A stretch of DNA of 64,000 bases from Geosiphon pyriformis uo1 (taxonomy: Eukaryota; Fungi; Glomeromycota): positions 314,373 to 378,372 of the forward strand of contig JAAOMT010000003.1 in NCBI GenBank assembly GCA_016748015.1, given 5' to 3'. Below, one piece after another: positions 53,040 through 64,000 of this stretch. The number at the start of each line of letters is the position of its first letter. Position 1 is the first letter of the stretch. Below the pieces are notes generated by a model. The model searched no databases and was not told the DNA's origin. It saw only the letters and a program-made list of their open reading frames with translations. Both the position numbers and the translations under genes were made by a program.

Positions 53040-53297
53040 ATATTGGCTTGTTTGGTATTAAATATTTGAGCTATCTTGGTTTGTTTTCAGTTTTAATACT
53101 TTTTTTAATATTTTAATTGTATAAAACTATATAATACATGTTTTGTATAATTTAGAATTTATTGTATAATGCTTAATGTTGTCTTAACATAAGTCTGAGT
53201 GACTGGTTATGTGCAAAAATTACATAATCCATATCTATTGTAAAACATATGTGTAAGTAATAAAAGAACCTTACTTTGTTAAAACATAATAAAAAAA
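53040..53297 (+). mobile_element. Heavily decayed LINE 3' end relic
   Basis: CTGAGTGACTGGTTATGTGCAAAAATTACATAA and GAACCTTACTTTGTTAAAACATAATAAAAAAA match the 3' UTR and terminus of LINE-B, -C and -D. The 5' boundary is undefined. Confidence 0.7.
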
Positions 53298-53866
53298 CAT
53301 TAAAATTTCAAATGTAATTAAAAAATCATTTATATGGTAAAAAAAACTTTATATTGTATGACGATTTTAAAACAGCAATTTTTATTTTTTATTTTTTTTC
53401 ATGGCCCTAAATAAAAAATCTATGAAATTCTTCGATATACTTTGTGACGTAGGGGTTCCCTTTTTTAAGACATTTCAACCTTAAATAATTTTATCCTCAA
53501 TTAATGATTTGAGAATCTCTTTGCAGTGTGCTCAAAGCATCGCACTTGCAAGCGTTACATTAGGTTTTCCTTACTCCAAAGTCACCTCAAATCAACTGTG
53601 TTGAACAATAGAGCAATCAAATTTTTTTATTATCTAATAAAGATCCTTTTGTGAAATAGAGTAAACATGTGCTAAAGAAAAATTCAAAAAATACTCATCT
53701 ATCTGCTATGAACAAGGATAGGATACTGGTGTTTATTTCTTTATTCGGTGTTTTAATATTACAAGTAATCTGCGGCATGGAACATAAGTAAGTTAAATAG
53801 TGCACTAAAATAATCCAATAAAGCAATAAATGAATAAATAAAAAGAAATCCAATTACACTTATTGA

Positions 53867-56562
53867 TCATTCTTGACGTTTCCTATTAAAATAAACAAAA
53901 TAAGCATAGGATTAATTCAAGTCTTAAATAAAATATTCTTAAAGCCACTTACCGAGGTGCACATCTAATGATGTCATCAACACGAAGAATCATCTCAGTA
54001 GCCTCGGATGCGCTCAACAAAACTTGGCGCTTTAATTTATATGATTCTGTGACACCTAATTCACGCATATCTCCCACCGCACCGTTTATCAGGTCTATAA
54101 AAAAAGACTTGCATAGTTATATCTCGAAGCAGAATATATAGATATTCAAGTAAAACAATTATTTTACCTAGACCGTATGTGGACTTTCCCTCGTAATGGG
54201 CAGCGCGTAATTGCGCCACCAAATCTGCACTATCAAACCCTCCGTTATCGGATAAAATAGTAGGGATCTTTGGTCCCAAAAACAATTTTTTATTTCCTCG
54301 CGAATAACTAATGACAAGTGCTTGTGAATTGATTCTGTTTTACCTCTCGTAGTGCTTTAGCAAAAGATTCCATGGCTATTGCTTTCTTGCCAGCTGTTTT
54401 AGCGGCTAATTGTTCAACGGCTTTGGACATTAAAATTTCTGAACAACCTCCACCCAGCACGGTTGCGGTCTCTTTGACTGTCTGTGTTAATACGCATAAC
54501 GCATCATGTAATGACCGTTCCGCTTCATCGAGCAATTGATGAGTTGCACCTCGCAATACAATTGTGCAAGCCTCTCCAGCCGCCACTCCAGAAAATTTGA
54601 TGAGCTTATATCACGAAAGAATTTTAAATTAGAACATGCGTTTTCCAAAGCTAAGTAAAGACAGGTATTACCTTGTCTTCACCAATTATGACTTCTTCAA
54701 TAAGATCACAATGACCAAGTTTCACAAGCTCAGGATGATCAAATGTCGAAGCAATCTCACCACCTATGTAAAAGCCAGGAATTAGGATTGTTAGACTTTT
54801 ACTTCAAGGGAAGTATTACTATACCTGTTACTAATGCTAGACGTTCAATGCCATCAAAATCAGCGTGCTCTATTGACACAATGCCTGCATCGGCGAATAA
54901 CTGCTCAGGCCAATTATAAATTAATTGACGATTGACAAAGCAGTTGATATTGTGTGCCTTGATTTTTTCCACTTTCTCCTTCATCTTGTCCTTAAATAGG
55001 AAAATCAATCGAAAATAGTCCTTCAAGTTAGGATCTAATCACAATCATATATTCTAAGTCGACCTACGCGTTCAGCTCTTTCCAATTCTGCTAGTTTTCC
55101 CGTACCATCAACACGGACACGAGCGCCAAATATTTTTATCTTATCGGTATCCATCGCTATATTTTTCAAATGGCATTAATTAACATTTTTAAGCATGAAA
55201 ATTGCCACAACTATAAATTCTTGATCTTAACGTGTGTTGGCAATCAATATATTTGCATTTTCTATCCTCTTTGGCTGATTCACCCCTATCTTTTTATCCA
55301 GGATGAAGCCTATTAATTTAATGTTGATTTGCGATCAATAGAATATTAAGAGATCAAAGCGAAGATTTCAAGTGCCTTCTTTACCTTCATCAAGATATGA
55401 ATCAATTAATCTACCACCAACTCGTTTAATTATTTGAATATGTTCTAGATTGGTGCTACCCTATAGTTTTTATCAAATAATTTGAATTCGTGAAATACAA
55501 CTTGTAAAATGTTGCAAGCAAAATATATTTCTACCTTAAGCCTCAAAACAGCATCGACAGCTAGATTAGCAAAATATCCTTTATCTTGCGATAACACCTT
55601 GGAGCTCAAAGTCGTTCGCGCAATATTAATCAAATCTCTGCGGAAAGCTTCTGGATCGTTACTACAAAAAAATAAGGTTCAAGTTTATATGCTAAATTTA
55701 TAGTAATCATCTATGCAAAATACAATATTCAAATCTTGATATTAAATTAATGATGATCAATCTCAAACTTATACAAACCCATTATCAACAGTGGATTGTT
55801 CCAAAGCTTTATAGGCAGCATCACTAGCAAGGCGATAACCTTCAATAATTATTTGCGGGTGTATCTTGGTGCTCACAAGACGTTCCGCCTCCCGTAAAAG
55901 TTCAGCAGCGAGCACACATACAGATGTCGTACCATCCCCAACTTCATCATCTTGAACTTTAGAGATATCTAGAGATATAAATTAATTAAAGATAAAATCT
56001 TTTTCATGAGGCACAAATGCTTAAGGTAAAGGACAAATTCAGTGTATTGATTCAGTCTTGCAATATACATCTTGAATTTAAAAGGATACTGACAAGAATT
56101 TTAGCGGCAGCGTTATCAAGTGCGATCGATTTAAGAATTGTTGCACCGTCATTAGTCACTGTTACCTCCCCCGTTGAAACAGATTGAAGAATTTTATCCT
56201 TAAGAGAATTAAAAAAGTTAAATTATTGAATTTAGTTGAGTAAACAAAAACCAAACTTTCGATTATTTCCTACCATTCCTTTAGGTCCTAAAGTACTTTT
56301 GACCAGATCACCAACAGCTATCGCTCCAATAAAAGACGACTAGTAAATTGACACCAAACCTTGAAGATCAAAAGTGTGAAGAAAAGTGGAATTTTTGAAA
56401 GCAAACGTGGGTCGTGTTCTCACTAGACGGGCGTTCTCTGCGCGTTCCTCTGTTGCCTCATCTTGAAAAATTTGTACAGGAGCAAGTGACTAAAAGAGAA
56501 ACGAAATTTATTAAGTTTGAAAATTAGGGAAAAGACTAAAATGAGTTTTCCAAACTCACCAT
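53867..56562 (-). CDS. CCT2: T-complex protein 1 subunit beta (CCT/TRiC chaperonin). 15 exons: 56562-56560, 56489-56424, 56339-56274, 56198-56090, 55968-55779, 55661-55535, 55460-55385, 55309-55232, 55156-55068, 54990-54825, 54763-54672, 54604-54344, 54267-54168, 54094-53953, 53882-53867
   Basis: The spliced translation [49 protein letters not shown]...TNDGATIL...VGDGTTSV...[13 protein letters not shown]...[15 protein letters not shown]...[10 protein letters not shown]...[17 protein letters not shown] is diagnostic of CCT-beta. All introns are GT-AG. Confidence 0.97.
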
Positions 56563-57328
56563 CGTCAAGGTGGGTAATAATCCTGAACCAGAGATTGTCA
56601 GGGAAACCTCAAATTAAAACAAAATCTGTATATCAATTCGATTAACCATTAAAAAAAACGATCTCGGATATCATGCCACTTCCTAAAAACGCGGTTCCAA
56701 TCATCTTGTTATATGACCTTAACTGGTGAAAACTGATTTATACATATAATTAGTTATAAATTATAATTTTTCACTTTATTTTGTTAAAATACAAAATAAA
56801 TTATTTTATGTAAAATAATTAAAATTTTAAAATTAAGATGTAATTTTATATAAGAATTGAAATTTATTAATTAATATTATAATATTAATAATATTCAATT
56901 TTACAAATTAATGATAAATAAAAAATATTGTTGAAAATTTAAATTAATGTAAAAACAAATATTGCAAAAACAAAATTTTGTTTAAGATTAAATATATAAT
57001 TTAGATAATTAGTTTCATAATAAACTTATCTAATTGGATTTTAAAATTAATTATGCTTTTGAATCATGTAATAAAAATAAATTATCACAAACATCATTTA
57101 AATTTAACAAAAAAGTCATGATATGATATTTATAATTAAAGCATACACTATAAATTATGAAAATCTTGGAAATCAAATTTATGACTCATGCATTGGCTGC
57201 ATCAAGATTTCGCGAGTGTTTCCAAACTGTTTAACTATTATTTTGTGGATAAAAAGCTATTAGCTTTTATCGCAACTCTTGTGAATAAATAGAATTGCGG
57301 AGATTTCGAGATAAATTGCTCTCAAAGA
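56563..57328. promoter_or_regulatory. Divergent intergenic/promoter region shared by CCT2 and RSE1
   Basis: 766 bp between head-to-head start codons. AT-rich core flanked by CCAAT (~56697) and ATTGG (~57192) boxes. Function is inferred from position only. Confidence 0.55.
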
Positions 57329-60300
57329 ATGTTTCTTTACAACCTTACTCTACAACCACCTACGGCCATCAACGTAGCTGTGGTTGGGCATTTTTCAGGC
57401 ACAAAGCAACAAGAAATTGTTGTTTCAAAAATAACGAGATTAGAACTTTTGAGAGCAGACCCAAATACCGGTAAAATGCAAATTTTATTGACACACGACG
57501 TTTTTGGAATAATTAGATCACTGACCCCATTTAGGCTTACCGGAGGCTCCAAAGGTAAATTTCGCCCGAACTTAGTTGGCGGTTAATAAAGAGACATCCA
57601 TGCTTCATAAAATGAGCCAGCTCTCTCCTTAACTGGGTGGGCTTCTCGTCGAACTTTCTGTAGATTATATAATAGTCGGGTCTGATTCAGGAAGAATCGT
57701 GATTCTTGAGTACAATCCGGCAAAAAACAAGTTCGATAAAGTTCATCAAGAGACATTCGGCAAATCTGGATGTCGTCGCATTGTGCCCGGGCAATACTTG
57801 GCAGTCGATCCAAAAGGGAGATCTGTATTGATCGGTATAAAATTCTATTTTTTAATTTCTTTTTTTGAGCCATTTTTGAAACTAGTATCCAAAATTATGA
57901 CACATTTATATCAATATAATTTATAGGCGCAGTGGAAAAACAGAAGCTGGTCTATATATTGAATCGAGACTCTGCTGCCAATTTGACCATCTCATCCCCG
58001 CTAGAAGCCCACAAGTCGCATACCTTAGTACATCATTGCATAGGATTGGATGTCGGGTATGAAAATCCAGTCTTCGCTTGTTTGGAAGTTGACTACTCAG
58101 AAGCTGATCTGGATCCGTCTGGGGAAGCATTTAATAGCACCGAAAAGGTTTAAATTGACATTAACGCGACCTATCTAATATCTGACTTAGTCTAACTCAT
58201 TTTTACTCATAAAATCAAGATGTTAACTTATTATGAACTTGATCTCGGCCTCAATCATGTGGTTAGAAAATGGAGTGATCCGGTTGATGCGAGAGCAAAC
58301 CTCCTATTTCCTGGTAATCATTAATATATATACATCAAATGCGCTAGTTTTGTGTATGTCTTTATTAAAGGTATCTTGATTTCTCTATTAGTTCCTGGCG
58401 GCAATGATGGTCCTTCAGGGGTTTTAGTTTGCACTGAAAATTTCATATCTTATAAACATCAACGTGTTGAGGAATTGCGAGTACCAATACCTCGTCGTAG
58501 AAATCCACTTGAAGACAAATCACGTGGTCTTATTATCGTTGCGGGGGTTATGCACAAAATGAAAGGTGTCTTCTTCTTCTTGTTACAGAGTGAGGAAGGT
58601 GATATTTATAAAGTCACCCTTGATTACGATGAGGATAAGGTAAACGCTATTAAAATAAAGTATTTTGATACCGTGCCTGTCGCATCTTCGTTGTGTATAC
58701 TTAGAGCCGGCTTCTTATTTGTAGCGGCTGAATTTGGAAACCAGTATGTATCGTTTTAAAATTTCTTAATTATTCTTTAATTCCCAATATTGATTTTTTT
58801 GTGGCATTAAAACTTTAGCCGGTTGTATTCATTCACGAGCCTCGGGGATGACAATGATGAACCAGAGTGGTCCAGCGATGATTTTCCCAATACCGGTAGA
58901 GATATGTCTGCGGTATACTTCTCTCCAAGAGAATTGCAAAACCTTGAGCGTGCAGATGAATTGGAAAGTTTGAATCCCTTAATTGACGCCAAGGTATGAA
59001 TTGCTGCATAAAACTAATTACTTCTATGTTTCTTAGAACATTCATTTATAAAACAAAATATTTACTATTAGTTGGAATATTCCGGGTTATCTAATGTTGG
59101 TGATACCAAAATGGTTATCTAGGTTCTGAACCTCACTGACGACGACACTCCCCAATTGTACGCACTTTGTGGACGTGGTGCTGGGTCTTCATTTCGAATT
59201 TTGAGGCATGGATTAGAAGTTTCTGAAATGGCTGTGTCTGAATTGCCAGGGAATCCAAATGCTGTATGGACAACAAAATTGAAAGCTGATGGTAAATACA
59301 CCAAAAAAAAACTTGATAAAAATTAATCATTGAAAAATTCTCACTACGACTTATTATACAGATCAATTCGATGCTTATATCATTGTTTCCTTTGTAAATG
59401 CTACATTGGTCTTATCCATTGGTGAGACTGTGGAAGAAGTGACCGACACAGGCTTTCTATCTACAACTCCCACTCTAGATGTTCACCAATTGGGAGATGA
59501 CGCTCTTTTACAGGTAAACTTCCTTATTGTCCCCAATTTTGGCATGAATTAGTAATGGATTTTTATTTCCAAAAAACCCAAGATATATCCTCAAGGTATT
59601 CGCCATATTCGAGCTGATCGTCGTGTTAATGAATGGAAGACGCCCGGGAACCGAGCTATCGTCAAGGCAGCTACAAACAAACGACAAGTTGTTATAGCTC
59701 TTACGGGCGGTGAACTCGTTTATTTTGAGTTGGATAATCAAGGGCAACTCAATGAATATCAAGATCGTAAAGAAATGGGTTCAAATGTCTCTTGCTTAAG
59801 TATTGGCGAAGTACCTGAAGGCAGGCAGCGATCAAGATTTTTGGTGATTCTAATAACTTGATTTATTAGTTTTTATCTAGAAAAAATTCCGTTTTCAATT
59901 GATTTTAACGCTTTTCTCAAAAATCTTCAATAGGCTGTCGGGTGTGACGATCATACAGTTAGGACACTTTCACTGGACCTTGAAAATACATTAGAATTAC
60001 TCAGTACACAGGTCTAGAATACAGTTATTTAGTATTATGAAATTGTTCAAAAATGCTGAAATCAGTGTTATTCCATTCAAAACAATTAGGCTCTCACTGG
60101 ACCTCCGCAATCGCTGTCGATAATTGAAATGATGGATATTGGAACAGATGCCTCTCATGGTACTCTCTATTTGAATATTGGTCTGCAGAATGGGGTTTTA
60201 TTGCGAACTGTCTTAGACACGGTTACTGGCCAGTTGACTGATACTAGGCAGCGGTTAGAAACCACGTTTTTTCATTTTATTTTTCTGCTGTTATAAAATT

Positions 60301-62175
60301 CAAAATCTAGCCTCATTTACCCGAATAATTTCTTAGATTTTTGGGTGCTCGCCCGGTGAAGCTCTTCCAAGTTACTATTCAAGGATCACCTGCAGTTTTA
60401 GCTTTATCAAGCCGTCCTTGGCTTAGCTACACTTTTCAATCACGGTTGCACCTCACTCCCCTTTCTTATGACTCCTTAGAATACGGATCTAATTTTACTT
60501 CCCCGCAAGTTCCAGAAGGGATTGTTGCAATTTCCTCTAATACTTTAAGGATTTTTGCCATTGAAAAGCTCGGAACCGTTTTTAATCAAGCATCAATCCC
60601 GCTCAAATATACACCCAGACATTTTATTCTTCATCCACTTTCCAGGAATTTCGTTATTCTTGAAACCGAGCATAATACTTTTTCCCCTTCAGAGAAGAAA
60701 AAAGCTTTGGAAGCAAAAATTCAGCAAGGACATGCTTTCGATCCAGCAATGGTGGATTTGCCGCCAGAGACTTTTGGCTTACCCAAGTCCGAAGCGGGAA
60801 AATGGGCCTCATGTATACGCGTTTTAAATCCTTTCAAAGGGCAAACCGCATCTCTCATTGAGCTCGAAGAAAATGAAGCTGCTTTTAGGTATTTCTTCAA
60901 CTTGATGTCTGCGAGTTTAAATCTTTAGATAGTCAGAAATAATCTTTCTGACAATTTCTGAAATTGGGAACGAAGTATTGCCACAGTGAATTTCCACAAT
61001 CAAAATAATGAGCTGTTTCTCGTCGTTGGCACTGCCAAAGATGCTAACTTGGCACCAAGGACTTGCTCATCAGGGTTTTTGCATCTGTATCGGTTTTTGG
61101 ACGAAGGAAACTCTCTAGAGTTAGTGCACAAGGTATTTATAGTTGTTTAATTTTTTTTTGATATAGACCAAACAACCTTACTTTTATAAATATGTCAATC
61201 AATAGACTCAATGTGATGACATTCCAATAGCCTTGTTGGGATTCCAAGGGAGACTCCTTGCTGGGGTTGGCAAGGCCCTTAGAATATATGATTTCGGCAA
61301 AAGAAAATTATTGCGCAAATGTGAATCAAAGGTCTGTCTAGGTTTAATATCATTTTGCATTAATGTATTTGTATTGATCGTTACTTTGGCATTCCAGAGC
61401 ATACCAAATTGTGTAGTTGACTTACACACACAAGGCAACCGGATCATAATAAGTGACATGCAAGAATCTGTACATTACGCTTCTTATCGACAACACGACA
61501 ACCGCATTATTATATTTGCAGATGATACGACACAACGTTGGATAACAACGACCACCATGGTTGATTATGATACAACAGCTGGGGGTGATAAATTTGGTAA
61601 CTTTTTTATTGATCGTTTGCCATCTGAGACCAGTGAAGAAGTTGACGAAGATCCTACGGGCAATAAAATAATGTATGAAAAAGGTTATCTAATGGGTGCT
61701 CCGCACAAGGTTAAGTTCATTTTATCTAAAAAAATCAAATATCCTGCTATTTTGATATCGGCTAATGAGAATTTGTCCGAAATAGGTTGCGATGATAGCA
61801 CATTATCATGTTGGCGATCTTATATCATCCCTCCATCGGACAACGCTTGTAGCGGGGGGGCGGGAGATTTTAGTGTATACTGGGCTTATGGGAAGTATCG
61901 GGGTATTTGTTCCCTTTATAACACGGGAAGATGTAGAATTTTTCCAAACACTCGAGATGCATATGCGTAATGAAGCACCACCCCTCGCTGGGCGTGATCA
62001 TTTGCAATATCGGAGCTTCTATACTCCAGTCAAAAGCGTCGTAGATGGAGACCTTTGTGAACAATACAATTTGTTACCAATAGAGAAGAAAAGGATGATA
62101 GCGGAAGAGTTAGATCGAACACCAGCCGAGATACAAAAGAAAATTGAGGATATGAGGGTAATGGCCGCGTTCTAA
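57329..62175 (+). CDS. RSE1: Pre-mRNA splicing factor Rse1 / SF3B3 (SAP130). 16 exons: 57329-57554, 57664-57834, 57927-58147, 58220-58313, 58392-58743, 58819-58993, 59123-59291, 59362-59513, 59583-59843, 59934-60011, 60090-60253, 60337-60888, 60976-61132, 61206-61331, 61398-61709, 61786-62175
   Basis: [95 protein letters not shown]...[16 protein letters not shown] introns. Confidence 0.97.
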
Positions 62176-62520
62176 TTTCATCTTTCTGCTTTTAAAACTT
62201 TGCCTATTAGTTATGTTACCAATTTCAAATGCTGATTCATATGCAAATTCCATAAACTATGGTGTTGTCGAAAATTATCAAATCTGAGCATGGCTCTAAT
62301 TTTATTCTAAGAGCTTTAAACAGGCAGATTTATTTTTTGAGTATTTTTCATTATTCAATAAATACTTATTCAAAATAAAATAAGAATTTAATTTTACTTA
62401 GAAATTTTACTTTTTTTTTTTTAAGTCATTTTATGAAATGGTTTTAAGTAAAAATATTTTATTTATTTAATATGCTTTATTAAGTGTAATTTAATTATTT
62501 ACAATATTAAAACAAATTTA

Positions 62521-62842
62521 TGCATTTAAGCTGAGTGCGAGAAATTGGGGTTGGTCCGTGATGGCAGTTTTGTGATTGTTGATGTGGTTCGGCGGTCTTG
62601 TGTCTACAATAGGAGATGTGCGTAGAGATGGTTTTAATGGTTCATTTTGGTCTAGGTGTGGATAGTTGCCTGGTTTCCGGTCCTCTGCTTGTTGGTCTTC
62701 ACTCACCTGTTGTTGTGGGCAGGGTAGGTTTAGTTATAGGGGTATAATCGGCTCGGGTGTCTGGTCACGTGTAGCAAGAGCATGAGTCACGTTGTATAAC
62801 ATTAGATAGTGATTGGGCCACACTCGTTATAGCAAAAAAAAA
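62521..62842 (+). mobile_element. 5'-truncated LINE fragment of a third family (ORF2 C-terminus, 3' UTR, A tail), CpG intact
   Basis: GC-richer island in AT-rich DNA. Translates to AECEKLGLVRDGS and, after a frame change, ...VIGV*, resembling the LINE ORF2 tail. CTGGTCACGTGTAGCAAGAGCATGA and ATAGTGATTGG match the LINE 3' UTRs. Ends in A9. Confidence 0.65.
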
Positions 62843-64000
62843 TTATATTATTTAACATTGAATATATAAAATATAATTAACCAAATTTAAATTTTATATT
62901 TTAAACTTCATTTTAAAAACATTAGCTAAATGTTTTAATATTTATTTATAATTTATGCTTTAATTTAATATTAGTTTTGCTCATAAAAATATAATTCAAT
63001 AATTTTAATTTGTTTTACTTAATCCATGTAATATTGAAATGTTGGAATACTAAATATATCCTTGTTTGATTTTGATTTCAAAATCTTCAAAGTGCTTTAT
63101 ATAGCTTAATTGCAAAAAACCCTATTGCCTATTGAGGTAAATATATTAGTAAATTTGGGACGTTTCACGAAAGGAGAATTATACATACTGTTTCTCTTTG
63201 GACAAATATCTTCTTTCTTAAAGGCAATAAAAAAACGCAAATTTTTACTCCTACCCTCTTTAAAAAAAGAGCAATGCGGAACCTACAAGGTTTAATCGTT
63301 TAGATTAAAATAAAACTTGACCAATTTAGAGATTAGTTTAAATGGAAGCTCACTCGAATCCTAAGAACAAGATCAAAGATAGATTTTTATTACTCTTAGA
63401 AAATCTAATGCTTGGAACTTAAATTTACTTTAAATAGATTCTATTGTCTTAACCTCAAATTAGACCATATTTTAAGTAAACCAATAAGTTTTATGATTCA
63501 TATAAGAGGAAATACAAATTCTACAGATTAAAAATAATAATGAAACAAAGAGGAGGATGCTAGAATTTCTAGTTAAAAATTCAACCTAATAGATGCATAT
63601 GATGAACAGTTAAAGCAGAAATTTTCGTGCTCAGATTTCAACGTTTAAATTTTCGGACATCAGGGCAATGTTTGCACTGAACCATAATTCCATTAATGAA
63701 ATTATTTTATTTTCTTAAAATTAATGTATGTTCAAAAAATGTAAAACAAATTTGGGAAAATTCTAATCATTACCCGTATTGCCAATTGTGAGATATAATC
63801 GATAAAAAAATTGAATTCGCTTGCAATGTATATAACGTCCAAGCTTCTTGAAACAGTTTCGCCAATCTTGGGGACCGTTGCCAAAATAAATTGACTTCAT
63901 CAGCATCTAGTCCAATAAGATAATTTTAATAATAATTTTAGATCATCTTTGGAAAAGTTTTAGTTATGAGTTTGAGGAAGCGAGATTTTTACTAGAAATG

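Noticed and set aside
63100-64000. Possible exons of another gene (ORF 63110-63295, scattered GT/AG signals)
   Set aside because: No recognisable protein motif or consistent exon chain could be built within the window.

Overview
Eukaryotic, intron-rich, AT-rich fungal DNA. Gene and transposon style fit Glomeromycotina/Mucoromycota, but the species cannot be established from the sequence. Bases 1-53.3 kb are a nested transposon cluster. It holds four ~6.8-kb APE-RT-RNaseH non-LTR retrotransposons (LINEs, two families, one cut by the window edge). Three Ty3/gypsy-type LTR elements and one solo LTR have inserted into these LINEs. The LINEs are separated by extremely AT-rich spacers, at least one of which grades into a decayed LINE. 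All large elements are pseudogenised by C>T/G>A transitions. Bases 53.9-62.2 kb hold two intact, divergently transcribed housekeeping genes: CCT2 (15 exons, minus) and RSE1/SF3B3 (16 exons, plus). A short CpG-intact LINE 3' fragment follows them. The most notable system is the gypsy lineage, for four reasons. (i) Every LTR insertion lies inside a LINE coding region, and the three full-length ones have 4-bp target duplications that reconstruct to CpG-centred sites (GCGC, CCGA, GCGC). (ii) The polyprotein has a helical N-terminal Gag extension, a multi-CxxC Cys-rich module and a dUTPase between protease and RT. (iii) Integrase appears to be a separate ORF after a stop shared by all three copies. 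(iv) A conserved ~200-aa ORF3 occupies the env position. Two exact duplications next to N gaps are assembly artefacts.
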